Below are positions 31,220-33,851 of a stretch of DNA of 33,851 nucleotides, piece after piece. Below the pieces are notes generated by a model. That model had not been told where the DNA came from, made no database searches, and saw nothing but the letters and a program-made list of their open reading frames with translations. The DNA comes from a virus: IMG/VR virus record IMGVR_UViG_3300025276_000015. One strand, given 5' to 3'. A program made the position numbers and the translations under genes. Position 1 is the first letter of the stretch. Every line of letters starts with the position of its first letter.

Positions 31220-33130
31220 CTATGCTATTGCTAAGAATATGTAATTGCCGCCACTGGCGTTAAGCGCAGCAGGAGCAGATGAGGTTACGGTAAATCCACT
31301 AGATAGCGGGTCGATGTAATCGGTGTTAGTGACTTGAGCAGCTGAAGAGTTAAGGAATGTGTAAGGATCGTTACCTGCAACAATGCCCCTCACGCTATCG
31401 TAGACGTACCAGTCTCCCGCAGAGTCTGTACGCTTAATTAGAATAAATCTCGCACCTGCTGAGAAACCACAGTCTACGTTTAAGTTATTGCCTGTGCCTG
31501 TGTAGCCGCCTACTTTGCTTACTCCGGCTACTGTGGCGAAGAGGTAATTAATAATAGATTGACCGGATGCCGGAGAGTAATACTGGAACTGAGTTGACGT
31601 TAACGTCGTCCCAAAAGCATTATAAACTTGGAAAGCGTTTGTAGAACTTAAACTTAAATATTTGGTTAGTCCTAAAGCTGAGTGATAAACATACCACCCC
31701 GCATTACTATCCCGCGACTTACTAATTATAAACTCAGGAACAACGCCAAGATTGTGTCCAGTAGCAGGTTGAACTGCTGATTGCGTGGCGGTTTGGACTG
31801 CCACATCAAAGAAGCCTGTGGCGCGTTTGAACATCCACGACATATTTGCTGAGGCGGTAGAATACCAGCCTGTGTTATGGTCAAAAGTTCCATAAGAAAT
31901 GCCACTCGCTTCTGCCTCGGATGTATTAGTCCTTAAGCGGTTGCCGTTGCCTTGTAATCTTGACATTGCAAGCCAACCGTCTGTGGCACTGACTTCTTTT
32001 GATAATGCCCAATCAACTGGGAAGCCGCTCGTAAAAGCCAAGCCATTACTGTCTACTGGATAGCCCGGATTTTTTAGAGCAAAAACTTCAGTCCCAGACT
32101 CGGGCGTTTTCATTGGTCTGCGGATGGCCATGTAGATGTAGTTCACAGAGGATTTATTAAACAAGTTGCTCGTTGTGTTTACTTGGAAACCATTTGCGGT
32201 GGGTTGAGCGAAGTTGATAGAGTTGTTTTCTGCCGCAGTTGAGTCACAACTAAGCCGCGCATCGACGCTAGTAGAGAGTCCCCGCATCGTGTCAAGCAGC
32301 ACCCAACCTTCTTCATCAGGGGCAGTTGTGCCTTTTACTAAGAGGTATTGTGGCTCAAATCCAAGAGTTACTGTTGGCCCAGTTGCATTGCCATTACCTG
32401 TATAACTCCCGCACTTAATAATGTTCTCGTCTTCATCTTCTCCGAAGCCACCTGCGTCTGAGGCGAATAGGTAGGCCATGTATGAACCACCGGAAGCGTT
32501 TACATTGACATTTGTGCCAAGAGAAAAAACAGCATCGGTTGGAGTTGTGTTATTCCAAACAGTGCTATCAGTTGTTTCTGGGGCAGCGTCGCTTAGCAAC
32601 ATTCTTTTTGTATTGCCTAAGCTAGAATGATAGCAATACCACTGATTGCCTCCGGTGTCATATCGTTTGATAAAAATAAACCCCGGAACACTAGCCAAAC
32701 TATGGCTAATTGTGCGATTAAAACCATTTCCAGTATAAGTCACAACATCAAAGAACTTCTCAGCCTTCCGAAATGTCCACGAGGCCATCTCTGTTGAAGA
32801 AACACTAGCATTTGCACCTAGAGAAAAACCATCACTATTAAACGCTGTGACAGAATAGGTTATATTTATTTCAGCGCCTGTTGTATTTGATTTTAGTACA
32901 TCATTAGCACCACGAAGTGTGTCTACCCACCAGTGACCGTCAGTATATAGGTTTGTTCTTTCTTTTAGCCAAACTAGCCCACCTTCGCCATCAAGATCAA
33001 TGTCGTTAGTGATGGTTTGCGCTGCGCCAGTACCGTCATACAAATAAGTCGAGAAAACATCCTCAACGTACAACGCTCCTGCACCTGCATTACCTGCCGC
33101 TGCTTGTAGTAATTTTTTATTACTTGGCAT
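31220..33130 (-). CDS. Virion (fibre/receptor-binding-type) protein built from about six tandem ~100-aa beta-rich repeats
   Basis: 636 aa. Recurrent signature: F(F)DV..YTGNG....i.h.Lg..P.FiiiK.rd....W..y...lG....l.l........GF......N.sG..Y..y.FA. Clear copies start near residues 20, 125, 235, 340, 435 and 535. Confidence 0.5.
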   Translation of the reverse strand: MPSNKKLLQAAAGNAGAGALYVEDVFSTYLYDGTGAAQTITNDIDLDGEGGLVWLKERTNLYTDGHWWVDTLRGANDVLKSNTTGAEINITYSVTAFNSDGFSLGANASVSSTEMASWTFRKAEKFFDVVTYTGNGFNRTISHSLASVPGFIFIKRYDTGGNQWYCYHSSLGNTKRMLLSDAAPETTDSTVWNNTTPTDAVFSLGTNVNVNASGGSYMAYLFASDAGGFGEDEDENIIKCGSYTGNGNATGPTVTLGFEPQYLLVKGTTAPDEEGWVLLDTMRGLSTSVDARLSCDSTAAENNSINFAQPTANGFQVNTTSNLFNKSSVNYIYMAIRRPMKTPESGTEVFALKNPGYPVDSNGLAFTSGFPVDWALSKEVSATDGWLAMSRLQGNGNRLRTNTSEAEASGISYGTFDHNTGWYSTASANMSWMFKRATGFFDVAVQTATQSAVQPATGHNLGVVPEFIISKSRDSNAGWYVYHSALGLTKYLSLSSTNAFQVYNAFGTTLTSTQFQYYSPASGQSIINYLFATVAGVSKVGGYTGTGNNLNVDCGFSAGARFILIKRTDSAGDWYVYDSVRGIVAGNDPYTFLNSSAAQVTNTDYIDPLSSGFTVTSSAPAALNASGGNYIFLAIA

Positions 33131-33140
33131 TTTAAATTCC

Positions 33141-33851
33141 TTACGCTAGAGCGAGTCCGGCAACAAAGCCATACCAAATAGTGCCACCGTCACAGGTTAT
33201 AAAGACTAAAACATCAGTCCCAGAGGCAGTAAGTGTAGGAGCAGTAGCAGCAGGCCAATCAACCGTGGTGGGCCAAGTCTGAGCTGCGGAGCCACCGTTA
33301 ATTAATTTAATACTAAAGCCACAGAGTTCGTCACTAGCAGTAGGATTAGAGAACGTCCAAGTCGTAGCACCAGTTGTAGTAGCCGTAACTGAGTTGCCTA
33401 GTGCAAGATCAATCGTCTTAGCCCCTGTAGCATTGCCAATGGCGTTTGTAATCTCGCCGTAGTCTAAGAGGTTAGCTCTCTGTAGAGTGTTATCTGCTAA
33501 GTTTTGCGTCCCAGTAAAAGTATTAGCACCTAGAATGGCCGCTGTACCCACTACCCCCGCAGGAGGCAGACCAGTTGCGTTAGTCAACGTTCCAGAAGCA
33601 GGCGTACCTAAAACAGGAGCAGTCAAAACAGGGCCTGTTAAGGTTTTGTTAGTCAACGTGTCTGTAGATATTAGACTGACAAGCGTTGAACTAGCTCCGA
33701 TTGGAAGCAACATTGTATTCGTAACACTTGCGCTGTGCGGCTGTGCTTTAAGCGTTTGCCCGTGAGTGTTAGCGTGACAATTGAGTTTAATTTGTCCTTC
33801 TACACTAGACCCATTGCCTTTTACTTCTATTATTTGTGTGGCCGGGGACAC
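33141..33851 (-). CDS. Tail fibre protein, C-terminal part of the wrap-around gene (5' part at 463..1)
   Basis: The ORF is open at the window edge. The track M at 33851 is really an internal GTG (Val) codon. It contains LTNKTLTGPVLTAPVLGTP repeats and a C-terminal knob (..TWTFSNP...FSIKLINGG..QTWP..VDWP....P.L...G.DV..F...DGG..W.G). Confidence 0.8.
   Translation of the reverse strand: MSPATQIIEVKGNGSSVEGQIKLNCHANTHGQTLKAQPHSASVTNTMLLPIGASSTLVSLISTDTLTNKTLTGPVLTAPVLGTPASGTLTNATGLPPAGVVGTAAILGANTFTGTQNLADNTLQRANLLDYGEITNAIGNATGAKTIDLALGNSVTATTTGATTWTFSNPTASDELCGFSIKLINGGSAAQTWPTTVDWPAATAPTLTASGTDVLVFITCDGGTIWYGFVAGLALA
33725..33851. repeat. Second copy of the 127-bp closure overlap (identical to 1..127)
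   Basis: Exact identity to the first 127 bases of the window. Confidence 0.9.

Noticed and set aside
1-33851. CRISPR arrays, rRNA, transposases/IS elements, toxin-antitoxin pairs or bacterial defence islands
   Set aside because: No spaced direct-repeat arrays, no rRNA-like conserved blocks, and no transposase or integrase motifs were seen in any ORF. The whole window is accounted for as one phage genome.

Overview
The window is a complete, circularly closed tailed-phage genome. Bases 1-127 are identical to 33725-33851, an assembly closure overlap, so the unique length is 33,724 bp. One tail-fibre gene wraps across the window ends. All family calls come from hand-read motifs and synteny; no searches were run.

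The genome has three transcription blocks:
- Leftward block, minus strand, read from 24445 down to 463 and wrapping on to 28348. It starts with small early ORFs, an SF2 helicase, a primase-type zinc-finger protein and an RHH protein. A P22-like morphogenesis core follows: TerS, TerL, portal with a long coiled-coil tail, scaffold, coat, gp4-like adaptor and gp10-like hub. Large Gly-rich putative ejection proteins come next, then three fibre or receptor-binding-type proteins, a fibre chaperone, an HTH-metallophosphoesterase and a lysis cassette.
- Rightward block, plus strand, 24989-28351. This is a recombination module: Erf, YqaJ-type exonuclease, a small protein ending in an SSB-like tip, NinG-like and NinB-like proteins, and a PD-(D/E)xK-like protein.
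- A 540-bp divergent control region, 24446-24988, between the two blocks.

I saw no tRNA, CRISPR array, integrase, repressor, DNA polymerase or RNA polymerase.

The most unusual feature is an array of four tiny polycationic ORFs between the coat and adaptor genes. Three are below the ORF-track cutoff. All four end in [AS]-T-[YF]-E-COOH, the same C-terminus as the scaffolding protein.

Other points worth follow-up:
- An HExxH zincin-like protein is inserted between portal and scaffold. Its N-terminus repeats the portal C-terminal heptapeptide SDSEIAR.
- A GNAT-like gene sits inside the virion-protein block.
- A 93-aa protein carries an SSB-like linker and an FEDIPF tip.
- An HTH-metallophosphoesterase fusion lies in the late operon.
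- A 40-nt hairpin element is conserved between early genes.
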